Shown here: piece by piece, positions 1 through 7,823 of the stretch
How the letters are laid out: each line of letters begins with the position of its first letter
Position numbering within the stretch: position 1 is the first letter of the stretch
NCBI GenBank assembly: GCA_963742735.1
Contig: CAVUMN010000004.1
Location: 800,001-864,000, forward strand
DNA length: 64,000 bases
DNA from: an uncultured Actinomycetes bacterium
GTDB lineage: Bacteria; Actinomycetota; UBA4738; JBBDTT01
Reading direction: 5' to 3'
Position numbers and translations under genes: made by a program
Notes under the pieces: generated by a model
Database searches by the model: none
Seen by the model: only the letters and a program-made list of their open reading frames with translations
Told to the model about the DNA's origin: nothing

Positions 1-212
1 ATCTCGATCCGCTCGGCGGGCGCCATCCGCGGCCACGGCCCCTCGTCGAACGCGGTTCGCGCCGCGTCCACGGCGCGGTCGACGTCGGCCTCGGTGACGA
101 GCGGCAGCCGCCCGACCGGCTCCTCGGTGGCCGGCGAGATCACGGTGAGGACCTCGGTCCCCGACGGCTCCTCCCACTTCCCGCCGATGAACAGCCGATC
201 GTGCTCGCGCAT
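1..212 (-). CDS. Aldehyde dehydrogenase, N-terminal part (runs off the window start)
   Basis: Manual translation MREHDRLFIGGKWEEPSGTEVLTVISPATEEPVGRLP...DVDRAVDAARTAFDEGPW is a typical ALDH N-terminus; GGAGG upstream. Confidence 0.88.
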   Translation of the reverse strand, partial: MREHDRLFIGGKWEEPSGTEVLTVISPATEEPVGRLPLVTEADVDRAVDAARTAFDEGPWPRMAPAERIE

Positions 213-269
213 CACGCCTCCAGGATGGTCGCAGCGCCCGCTGCGAGGGGAAAACGGTATACCGCCCAC

Positions 270-1076
270 ATGGAGATGCGCGACCTCGGGAGCGCGGGTC
301 TGAGGACGCCCGTCGTGGGGGTCGGGACGTGGCAGACCTTCGACGTTCCGGCTCGGCGGGACGAGGACGTGCGGAGCCTCGTCGATGAGGCCCTCGAGGT
401 CGGGGCGAGCCTGTTCGATTCGTCGCCGATGTACGGCCGCGCGGAGGAGGCGCTGGGCCGCGCGCTCGAGGGGCGGCGGGACCGGGCGTTGATCGCGACG
501 AAGCTGTGGACGGCCGACGACGAGGAGGCCGGGCGGCAGGCCGAGCGGGCGCTGGCCTGGTACGGCGGGCGGGTCGAGCTGTACCAGGTGCACAACCTGC
601 TCGCGTGGCCCGAACGGCTCGACCTGCTCGAACGGCTCCGGGACGGGGGCGCGGTCGTGGCGATCGGGGCCACGCACTACTCGCCGTCGGCGTTCGAGGA
701 GCTGGCGACCGTGATGCGGAGCGGCCGGATCGACGCCGTCCAGGTTCCCTACAACCCCCGCGAGCGCGAGGTCGAGCGGGAGATCCTCCCGCTGGCGGCC
801 GAGCTCGGCCTGGGGGTGGTCGTCATGCGGCCGTTCGCGGAGGGCGGCCTCATGCGCCGGCCCCCGGACGAGCGCGACCTGGCGCCACTGGGGGAGTTCG
901 GCGTGACGACGTGGGCCCAGGCCCTGCTCAAGTGGATCCTCTCGGACCTCCGGTGCACGGTGGCGATCCCGGCGACCTCGACCCTGGGACGGACCCGTGA
1001 GAACGCCGAGGCCGGGGATCCGCCGTGGTTCGGGGAGGAGGAGCGGGCGCTGGTCGCCCGGCTGGCGGGCGAATGA
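270..1076 (+). CDS. Aldo/keto reductase
   Basis: VVGVGTW, FDSSPMYG, IATKLW, LYQVHN, VQVPYN and AIPATS motifs; start set at ATG 270 (MEMRDLG). Confidence 0.92.
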   Translation: MEMRDLGSAGLRTPVVGVGTWQTFDVPARRDEDVRSLVDEALEVGASLFDSSPMYGRAEEALGRALEGRRDRALIATKLWTADDEEAGRQAERALAWYGGRVELYQVHNLLAWPERLDLLERLRDGGAVVAIGATHYSPSAFEELATVMRSGRIDAVQVPYNPREREVEREILPLAAELGLGVVVMRPFAEGGLMRRPPDERDLAPLGEFGVTTWAQALLKWILSDLRCTVAIPATSTLGRTRENAEAGDPPWFGEEERALVARLAGE

Positions 1077-1185
1077 CCCCACAAATGAAGCCGCCAGAGC
1101 CCGAGGGCTCCAGCGGCTTCAACGACAACCTACCCGTTCGAGCGCCGAGTATGCAAGCCGGCGCCCAGGATTTGGCACTCTTTCT
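1077..1185 (-). repeat. Copy 1 of a tandem ~110-nt promoter-plus-hairpin unit
   Basis: Aligns with 1216-1325 at a period of 139-140 nt; minus strand reads AGAAAGAGTGCCAAA...TTGCAT-N18-TAGGTT, then hairpin, then TTTGTGGGG. Confidence 0.85.
1081..1121 (-). ncRNA. Candidate ~40-nt hairpin small RNA or intrinsic terminator (copy 1)
   Basis: 16-bp stem UGAAGCCGCUGGAGCC-CUCG-GGCUCUGGCGGCUUCA with two G-U pairs that work only on the minus strand; UUUGU tail. Confidence 0.5.
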
Positions 1186-1215
1186 CGGGAGGTCGGCCGT
1201 GGTGGGTTCACACGG

Positions 1216-1325
1216 CCCCACAAACGAAAGCGCCGGAGTCCGAAGACTCCAGCGCTTTCATCGCGCAAGATAGGGCACCCGTCGTCGCCGGCGCAAGTCG
1301 AAGCCCGGGTTTTGTCACTCTTTCT
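1216..1325 (-). repeat. Copy 2 of a tandem ~110-nt promoter-plus-hairpin unit
   Basis: Minus strand reads AGAAAGAGTGACAAA...TTGCGC-N18-TATCTT, then hairpin, then TTTGTGGGG. Confidence 0.85.
1220..1260 (-). ncRNA. Candidate ~40-nt hairpin small RNA or intrinsic terminator (copy 2)
   Basis: 16-bp stem UGAAAGCGCUGGAGUC-UUCG-GACUCCGGCGCUUUCG with a cUUCGg tetraloop; UUUGU tail; compensatory changes relative to copy 1. Confidence 0.5.
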
Positions 1326-2100
1326 AACGGGGGGCCACGAGCAGCGCCTGGGCGCCGGCGCCGATGCGTCCGCGCTCGTCCCACAGCACGCTGTGGGCCA
1401 CGCCGGCGCCCTCCGGGCCGACCCGGGTGATGGCGTCCAAGCACACCCACTCGCCCTCGGGATACCGGGCCAGGTGCACCGTGAGCTCGGTGTTGATGAA
1501 CAGGAACCGGTCGAACGGGAGCGTCGCGCTGATCCCGTTCCCCGAGTCCGCCAGCGCGAGCACTCGGGTCAGGGGCGAGATCTCCTCGCCGGCCACCAGC
1601 GGGATCCTGGGCCGGGCCCAGGCCGCCGCCGGGCCGGGTTCCATGAACGAGCCGGCCGCGCCGCGCCACTCCATGCCCAGCAGGTAGTTGGGCTCGTAGG
1701 GCGCCCAGAAGTTCTCGAACGGCCCGCATTCGTCGGGGCCCGGGTGGGGCGTCGGGTCCAGGCCGATCTCCGCCGTCCGATCCGGCGGCGCGAGGATCCG
1801 CCACGCCGAGGCACGGGCCACCTCCTTCCCGCCGGCGGACATCGACGCGACCACGTACTGCGTCCGCCGGGTCTGTTTCGCGACGCCGCCCTCGATGACG
1901 AGGGGCTCGATCGGGATGGGCCGCAGGATCTCGGTGGTGTACCGAACGACGCGGTATCCCTCCGGTCCGAGCGCCTCGATGGCCCGGCCGAGCAGCGCCG
2001 AGGGCGGCCCCGCGTGCTGGCTGTCCGGGCCCCACGGCCCGCGCGTCCAGTCTGTGGACACGAACGCGTCCCCCTCGGGGAGGTAGAAGGCGTCGGTCAT
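1324..2100 (-). CDS. Acyl-CoA thioesterase-like (double hotdog) protein
   Basis: TRGPW...QHAGPPSALL, LADSGNG and FINTELTVHL motifs; ATG 2100 overlaps the upstream stop. Confidence 0.88.
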   Translation of the reverse strand: MTDAFYLPEGDAFVSTDWTRGPWGPDSQHAGPPSALLGRAIEALGPEGYRVVRYTTEILRPIPIEPLVIEGGVAKQTRRTQYVVASMSAGGKEVARASAWRILAPPDRTAEIGLDPTPHPGPDECGPFENFWAPYEPNYLLGMEWRGAAGSFMEPGPAAAWARPRIPLVAGEEISPLTRVLALADSGNGISATLPFDRFLFINTELTVHLARYPEGEWVCLDAITRVGPEGAGVAHSVLWDERGRIGAGAQALLVAPR

Positions 2101-2660
2101 GCGTCCCACGAGATCGGCTTCACCGAGAGACCGGGCAGCGGCTCGGTGATCGGCGGCCGGGCCGGCGAGAGCAGCCGCCACGCGCACAGCGCTACCCCGC
2201 CCAGGACGAGCGCCCACGCCAGGACCTTCAGCAGCAGGGCGACCTCGTCGGCCGCCTCCACGGCGTTCAGGCGGTCGAACGCGAACGCCCAGTCGTGGTC
2301 GCCGCCGATCAGCTGGAGCTTCTCGTACGGCGCGTCGGCGACGTAGACCGAGACGTCATAGAACGAGGTCCCCGCCCACGCCGCGCACAGGCCGGCGGCG
2401 AGCAGGTCCTCCCGCCACCACAGGAAGTAGGCGGCGATCCCCAGGGGGACCAGGACCTGCGTGATCGAGCCCATCATCGCCGTGAACAGATCGGGGAACG
2501 GATAGGTGAGCAGGTGGCCGAGCTCGTGGAAGCCGAGATCCACCAGCCCCAGGAGCGGCACCCGGTCGCCGAGGACCAGCGGGAAGAACCCCAGAACGAG
2601 ACACCCGGCCACGCCGGCGAGCATCGCCGCCCGGGCGCGGGTTACCGGTTCAGCAGCCAC
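2097..2660 (-). CDS. Membrane protein with HExxH motif (peptidase M50B-like)
   Basis: Several hydrophobic segments; FHELGH; Y.ADA...GGDHDW motif. Confidence 0.75.
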   Translation of the reverse strand: MAAEPVTRARAAMLAGVAGCLVLGFFPLVLGDRVPLLGLVDLGFHELGHLLTYPFPDLFTAMMGSITQVLVPLGIAAYFLWWREDLLAAGLCAAWAGTSFYDVSVYVADAPYEKLQLIGGDHDWAFAFDRLNAVEAADEVALLLKVLAWALVLGGVALCAWRLLSPARPPITEPLPGLSVKPISWDA

Positions 2661-3793
2661 TCGACGTTGCCACCCATCAGCTTGTCCCGGGCGGTGCCCT
2701 CGACGTCGTCGATGAACCGCTCATAGGTGACCCGCGGCTCGGCCAGGCCCTCGGCGTGGGGCCAGTCGCTGCCGAACATGAACAGGTTCTCGGACCCGGA
2801 CTGGCGGATCAGCGTCCCGGGCTGCTCGTAGCCCATCGCCCCCACGCGGACCTGGCGGCGGAAGTACTCGCTGGGCGTGCCCTGCAGCGGCACGGGCGGT
2901 CCGTTGTGGCGGGCCGCGTAGAAGTGGGTGGCGCCGTCGAGCGTGGCCAGGAACACCGGCACCCACCCAGCGGTCAGCTCGATGACCCCGAGCCGAAGCG
3001 TCGGGTGGCGCTCGAGCGTGCCCATCAGGATCAGGTTGGCGATCGCCAGGGCCGCCGGCACCCACAGGAAGATCGAGTCGAGCAGGTGGTCCACCGGCTC
3101 GGGGTCGCCCTCGTACCAGGCGGCCTCCCACGGCTTGCGGAACCCGCTCACGTGATAGATCGGGGCCACGCCGTGGTCGGCGAACGCCGCCCAGATCGGG
3201 TCGAGGTCGGGGTGCGACGGCGCCTTCCCGTTCACCGTGGCCGGGGCGATCATCGCCAGGGTCAGGCCGTCCTCGCGGATGCGGGCGATCTCCTCCAGGG
3301 TCCAGTCCCGGTCGGTCAGGCTGAGGTGGGCCACGCCGTACAGCCGCCCGCCGCCGGCGGCCTGGGACTCCGCCATCCACCGGTTGTGGGCCCGCAGGTT
3401 GGCGAGCATCGCGGGGACGTCCTCGGAGAGCAGGTCCTCCCAGAGCAGTCCGAAGTTGGGGAGCACGACCGCCGCGTCGAGCCCGAACCCGTCGAGGGCG
3501 GCCGCGCGCGCGGCCGGATCCGTGTAGCTCGCCGGCAGGGCCTCGTCGTACGGGACGGCGGCCGGCTCGCCGGCGGCGAGGGCCGCCCGGGTCAGGCCGA
3601 TCTCCTTGGCCTCGCCCGGGTGCTGGACCTCCGCCAGGTAGAGCCTCCGCCCGCGCCACGTCAGCCAGGGGTAGCCGAGCTCGTCGTCGTCGATCGAGAG
3701 GGCGTCGTCGCGGAACGCCGGGTCGATGTGGTCGCGCCACATCGTCCGCGGCTCGAAGAGATGCATGTCGCCGTCGATGACCCGGGCGCTCAG
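2642..3793 (-). CDS. Amidohydrolase_2 family protein (start uncertain, possibly CTG)
   Basis: VIDGDMHLFEP, IELTAGWVP and MFGSDWPHAEG motifs; no ATG/GTG/TTG in frame near the expected start. Confidence 0.85.
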   Translation of the reverse strand: MSARVIDGDMHLFEPRTMWRDHIDPAFRDDALSIDDDELGYPWLTWRGRRLYLAEVQHPGEAKEIGLTRAALAAGEPAAVPYDEALPASYTDPAARAAALDGFGLDAAVVLPNFGLLWEDLLSEDVPAMLANLRAHNRWMAESQAAGGGRLYGVAHLSLTDRDWTLEEIARIREDGLTLAMIAPATVNGKAPSHPDLDPIWAAFADHGVAPIYHVSGFRKPWEAAWYEGDPEPVDHLLDSIFLWVPAALAIANLILMGTLERHPTLRLGVIELTAGWVPVFLATLDGATHFYAARHNGPPVPLQGTPSEYFRRQVRVGAMGYEQPGTLIRQSGSENLFMFGSDWPHAEGLAEPRVTYERFIDDVEGTARDKLMGGNVEWLLNR

Positions 3794-4776
3794 GGGATCG
3801 CCACCACCTTCGTCACCCTGCCGTTCGCGAAGTCCTTCGTCGCCTCCGGCAGGCCCTCCAGCGGGATCCGGACGTCGACGTGGCTGCGGACCTCGGCCCG
3901 GCCGTCCCGGATGAATCCCACCGCGCGGTCCCACTCGTCGGGGCGGTAACAGAACGAGGCGATCAGGTCGATCTGTTTCGGCATCATCACGATCGGCAGG
4001 ATCCGGGCCTCGGGGGCGATGCCGACCAGGACCACCACGCCGCCGGGCGCGGCCAGGCCGATCGCCTGCTGAACGGCCTCCGCGCGGCCGGTGCACTCGA
4101 ACACGACGTCGGGGGGACCGCCGATCGCGCGTTCGAGGGCGCCGTCCTCGCCGGGCGCGACCGTCGTCGTCGCTCCCGCCTTCATCGCGAGCTCGCGCTT
4201 TCCCTCGATCGGATCGACGCCGCCGACCGGGCCGAGTCCCTCCAGGAGCGCGGCGGTCAGGGTGGCCAGGCCGATCGCGCCGAGCCCGACCACCGCGGCG
4301 GTGGCCCCGGGCCGCCCCGCGCGGGCGACGGCGTGCAGCGAGACCGCGAGCGGGTCGGCGAACGTCGCGTCGACCGGGTCGGCGCTTCCCACGTGGCTGC
4401 ACCACGACACGGGGACGGCGATCCGTTCCGCGAACGCGCCCGGCCGGGCGAAGACCAGCCCGTTGGCGACGCCCTCGGGACAGAGCTCGGCCCGACCCGT
4501 GGTGCAGAACGCGCAGCGGCCGCAGAACGCCATCGGGCGGATGGCGATCAGGTCTCCTTCGGAGAGCCCGGAGCCGTCGGGAGCGCTCAGGATCCGGCCG
4601 GCGCCCTCGTGGCCGATCACCGCGCCCTGGGGATAGCCGCCCTTCAGGAGGGTGAGGTCCGAGCCGCACAGGCCGCAGGCCTCGACCTGCAGGAGCGCCT
4701 CGCCGTCCGCCGCGACGGGTTCGGGCACGTCGCGGATCGCGAGCTCGCCGGGTCCCTCGAGTACGGCCGCCTTCAT
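3790..4776 (-). CDS. Zn-dependent alcohol dehydrogenase (MDR family)
   Basis: CGLCGSD, GHE, structural Zn site CGRCAFC...C and GLGAIG motifs; start MKAAVL. Confidence 0.93.
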   Translation of the reverse strand: MKAAVLEGPGELAIRDVPEPVAADGEALLQVEACGLCGSDLTLLKGGYPQGAVIGHEGAGRILSAPDGSGLSEGDLIAIRPMAFCGRCAFCTTGRAELCPEGVANGLVFARPGAFAERIAVPVSWCSHVGSADPVDATFADPLAVSLHAVARAGRPGATAAVVGLGAIGLATLTAALLEGLGPVGGVDPIEGKRELAMKAGATTTVAPGEDGALERAIGGPPDVVFECTGRAEAVQQAIGLAAPGGVVVLVGIAPEARILPIVMMPKQIDLIASFCYRPDEWDRAVGFIRDGRAEVRSHVDVRIPLEGLPEATKDFANGRVTKVVAIP

Positions 4777-4800
4777 GGGTGCCGGTAGGGTATCCCGGTC
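4777..4800. promoter_or_regulatory. Compact bidirectional promoter
   Basis: 24-nt gap between divergent ATGs containing TAGGGTA, which reads TAGGGT on + and TACCCT on -; no SD. Confidence 0.5.
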
Positions 4801-5793
4801 ATGGCGGAGGTCTTCAAGGACGCCGACGTCGCGGCGGGCGCGCTCGACGGGCGGCGCGTCGCGGTGATCGGGTACGGCAACCAGGGCCGGTCGTGGGCGC
4901 TGAACTTCCGCGACTCCGGCGTGGACGTCGTGGTGGGGACGATCGGCGACGATTCCCGCGCGGCCGCGGCCTCCGACGGCTTCCCGGCCACCGACATCCC
5001 CGACGCCGTTCGCGACGCCCGCGTGGTCTGCCTGTTGATCCCCGACGAGGTGATGGGCGACGTCGTCCACGACCACGTCGCGGGGGGGCTGGCGCCGGGC
5101 GACGCGCTGTGCTTCGCCAGCGGCTACGCGGTCGCGTTCGGCGAGGTGGAGATCCCCGAGGGCGTCGACGTGATCATGGTCGCGCCGCGGATGCTGGGGG
5201 TCGGCGTCCGGGAGACGTTCGAGTCGGGGGAGGGGTTCATCGCGTTCGCCGGCGTCGAGAGCGACGCGACCGGCGAGGCTCGCGACGTGTGCCTCGGCCT
5301 GGCGAAGGCCCTGGGCGCGACCCGGCGCGGGTGCCTGGAGCTGACCTTCCAGCAGGAGGCCGTGATCGACCTGTTCATGGAGCAGGCGATCGCCCCGGCC
5401 CTGGCCCGCGTGTGGGGCGACGGGGCGTCGGCCCTCCTGGAGGCCGGCCTGCCCCTCGAATCGATCCTGGTCGAGTTCGTCCTGTCCGGTGAGGTGGAGC
5501 GCACCTACCGCGCGCTCCGCGAGATCGGGTACGCCAGACAATCCAAGCTTCACAGCCAAACGAGTCAATACGGAACCCTGTCTCGGGCCGAGCGGTTCGC
5601 CGACCTCGACGCGCTCTCGCGCATGCGGGAGACCGTCCGCGAGATCCAGAGCGGGGAGTTCGCGGCGGAGTGGGCCGCCGAGCGCGAGGCCGGCTACCCG
5701 CGGATGAAGGCCCTGGAGGAGGGCGGGGCCATGGGCGCCATCGCCGACCTGCAGGACCAGGTCCGGGCCATGTTCGAACCACCTCCCGAATGA
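4801..5793 (+). CDS. Ketol-acid reductoisomerase (IlvC)-like protein, divergent
   Basis: VIGYGNQG, LLIPDE, FASG, MVAPR, DLFMEQ and HSQTSQYG motifs; differs from canonical IlvC motifs. Confidence 0.85.
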   Translation: MAEVFKDADVAAGALDGRRVAVIGYGNQGRSWALNFRDSGVDVVVGTIGDDSRAAAASDGFPATDIPDAVRDARVVCLLIPDEVMGDVVHDHVAGGLAPGDALCFASGYAVAFGEVEIPEGVDVIMVAPRMLGVGVRETFESGEGFIAFAGVESDATGEARDVCLGLAKALGATRRGCLELTFQQEAVIDLFMEQAIAPALARVWGDGASALLEAGLPLESILVEFVLSGEVERTYRALREIGYARQSKLHSQTSQYGTLSRAERFADLDALSRMRETVREIQSGEFAAEWAAEREAGYPRMKALEEGGAMGAIADLQDQVRAMFEPPPE

Positions 5794-6734
5794 TCCTGGT
5801 CACCGGCGCCACCGGGTGCCTGGGGGCGAACCTGGTCGAGCGACTCGCCCCGGAGGTGCCGGTGCGGGTCCTGGTGCGCGACGAGTCGAAGCTCCGGGCG
5901 ATGCTCGGCGATGTCCCGGTGGAGGTCGTCCTCGGGGATCTGACGGACCGTCAGATCGTGGCCGACTCGGCGAAGGGCGCGGACACCATCCTGCACACGG
6001 CGGTGATGAACTACGGCGCGCCCGGGTTCTCGGCGAAGCGCTCGGCCGAGGTCAACCGGACGGCGATGGCCAACGTGCTGGACGCGGCGGAGGCCGGCGG
6101 CGCGCACGTGATCTTCTCGAGCTCGCAGAGCGCGTACGGGGTGCCGGTCCGCTCGCCGATGCACGAGGACGACCCGCTGCGCGGCACGGGCCCCTACTCC
6201 GCCAGCAAGGTCGAGTGCGAGGGCCTGGCCATGACGGCGTGGCGGGACCGCGGCGTGCCGGTGTCGGTCTTCCGGCTGCCGGGGTTCCACGGCCGTCACC
6301 TGACGCAGCCGAGCATGCTGAAGCAGCTCGAGCGGGTCGTGTCCGGCAAGACTCTGGCCATCCCGAGGTCGAAGGGCCTCTGGGACTTCGGCTCCGCCGA
6401 CGACATGGTCACGGGGATGCTCGCGGCGATCGGGAACCCGGCCTCGCACGGGCTGGCGTTCAACCTCCCCGGCTCCGGACCCATCAAGCCGGTCGAGTAC
6501 TTCCGCGTCTGGGCCGACGTCTCCGGCTCCGGCGCTCGCGTCATGGACCTCCCCAAATCCACGATGAGCATCGCCGCGCTGTTCATCCCGGAGGTCAAGG
6601 AGCACCTCTACTTCTTCTCCCACGACATCCTGCTCGACGGCACCCGCGCCTACGAGGTCCTCGGCTGGCGGCCTCGCGACTCCTATCCGGAGGGGATCGC
6701 CAGGACCGTCGAGTGGATGCGGTCGCGGACATGA
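5790..6734 (+). CDS. NAD-dependent epimerase/dehydratase (extended SDR)
   Basis: ILVTGATGCLG and YSASK motifs; ATGA overlap with the upstream gene. Confidence 0.9.
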   Translation: MILVTGATGCLGANLVERLAPEVPVRVLVRDESKLRAMLGDVPVEVVLGDLTDRQIVADSAKGADTILHTAVMNYGAPGFSAKRSAEVNRTAMANVLDAAEAGGAHVIFSSSQSAYGVPVRSPMHEDDPLRGTGPYSASKVECEGLAMTAWRDRGVPVSVFRLPGFHGRHLTQPSMLKQLERVVSGKTLAIPRSKGLWDFGSADDMVTGMLAAIGNPASHGLAFNLPGSGPIKPVEYFRVWADVSGSGARVMDLPKSTMSIAALFIPEVKEHLYFFSHDILLDGTRAYEVLGWRPRDSYPEGIARTVEWMRSRT

Positions 6735-7810
6735 ACGTCGTCGAGGCGCCCGGCCTCGGCTCGTACGTGGATCTCATCAAGGCTCGGTACCGCGACGATC
6801 CGTCGTGGGTGTTCCCCGACGTCGGGTTCCTCAAGGGGCTCCTGTCGGGACGGTCGGCGTTCCTGCGGCACGCCGAGGCCCGCGGGTTCGCGGCGCGTCG
6901 CGACGGCGACACGGTGGGGTTCGCGGTCGCCTTCGCCGACCCCCGGCTGCGGGAGAGGGCGGGCAGGCCCGTGGGCGCGGTGGGCTTCCTCGAGTGGCTG
7001 GATCCCGAGGCGCTGGGAGCGGTGACCGGCGCGGCGGGCGGCTGGCTTCGCGAGCGGGGCCTGACGGAGGCGTGGGCGCCGTTCAACGCCAACGGCTTCT
7101 TCGGGGCAGGGCTGCGCGAGGATCGCTTCGACGAGCCGCCGTTCCTGGGCTGCGCGCACGACCCGCCCGGCGCGGGGGAGGACCTGACGCGCGCGGGCTT
7201 CGAGCCGCTGACCCGCTACCTGGACTTCTCGGTGGACCTCACCGCCGACGCGTGGCGAGGGCCTTCGGCCGGCGCGGCGGGCGTGGAGTTCCGCGTGGTG
7301 AACCGCAAACGGTTCAAGGACGAGATCCGCACGTTCGTCTGGCTGCACAACGCGGCGTTCGCCGGGGTGTGGGGGGAGGCGCCGATCAGCGAGGAGGAGG
7401 GCGTCGAGCTGATGGGACCCTCCAGGCTGGCCGTGATCCCGTCGCTGTGGCAGTTCGCGGTGGCCGAGGGGCGCGACGTCGGCTTCGTCGTGTGCTTCCC
7501 CGACTTCAACGAAGTCCTGGCGCCGCACCGCACGCTCGTGACGTCGCCGAGCGGGGTGGCGAAGCTCGCCCTGCGGCGCAGGCGCGTGAAGAGCGTCGGG
7601 CTGTTCGCGGTCGGGGTCGATCCGGCGCTCCACGGCCGGGGGATCGGCACCGCGCTGGTGGCCCGGGCTTGCCGGGCGGCGGCGGACCTGGGATACCGTC
7701 GCCTGGAGTACGCGCTCGTGGCCGAGGACAACCGCGCCTCGCAGTCCACGATCGTGCGGTTCGGCGGCGAGCGGCACCGGACGTTCGGGATCTACGCGAA
7801 GACGCTCTAG
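6731..7810 (+). CDS. GNAT-fold protein, YghO / bacterial ceramide synthase-like
   Basis: YRDDPSWV, VGFLE, WLRERG...APFN, N.AF...WG, PDFNE and GVDP...GRGIG pattern. Confidence 0.75.
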   Translation: MNVVEAPGLGSYVDLIKARYRDDPSWVFPDVGFLKGLLSGRSAFLRHAEARGFAARRDGDTVGFAVAFADPRLRERAGRPVGAVGFLEWLDPEALGAVTGAAGGWLRERGLTEAWAPFNANGFFGAGLREDRFDEPPFLGCAHDPPGAGEDLTRAGFEPLTRYLDFSVDLTADAWRGPSAGAAGVEFRVVNRKRFKDEIRTFVWLHNAAFAGVWGEAPISEEEGVELMGPSRLAVIPSLWQFAVAEGRDVGFVVCFPDFNEVLAPHRTLVTSPSGVAKLALRRRRVKSVGLFAVGVDPALHGRGIGTALVARACRAAADLGYRRLEYALVAEDNRASQSTIVRFGGERHRTFGIYAKTL

Positions 7811-7823
7811 GGAGGCTCGACTC

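Noticed and set aside
1077-1325. CRISPR mini-array or tRNA
   Set aside because: Only two diverged units, no cas genes, no cloverleaf and no T-loop consensus
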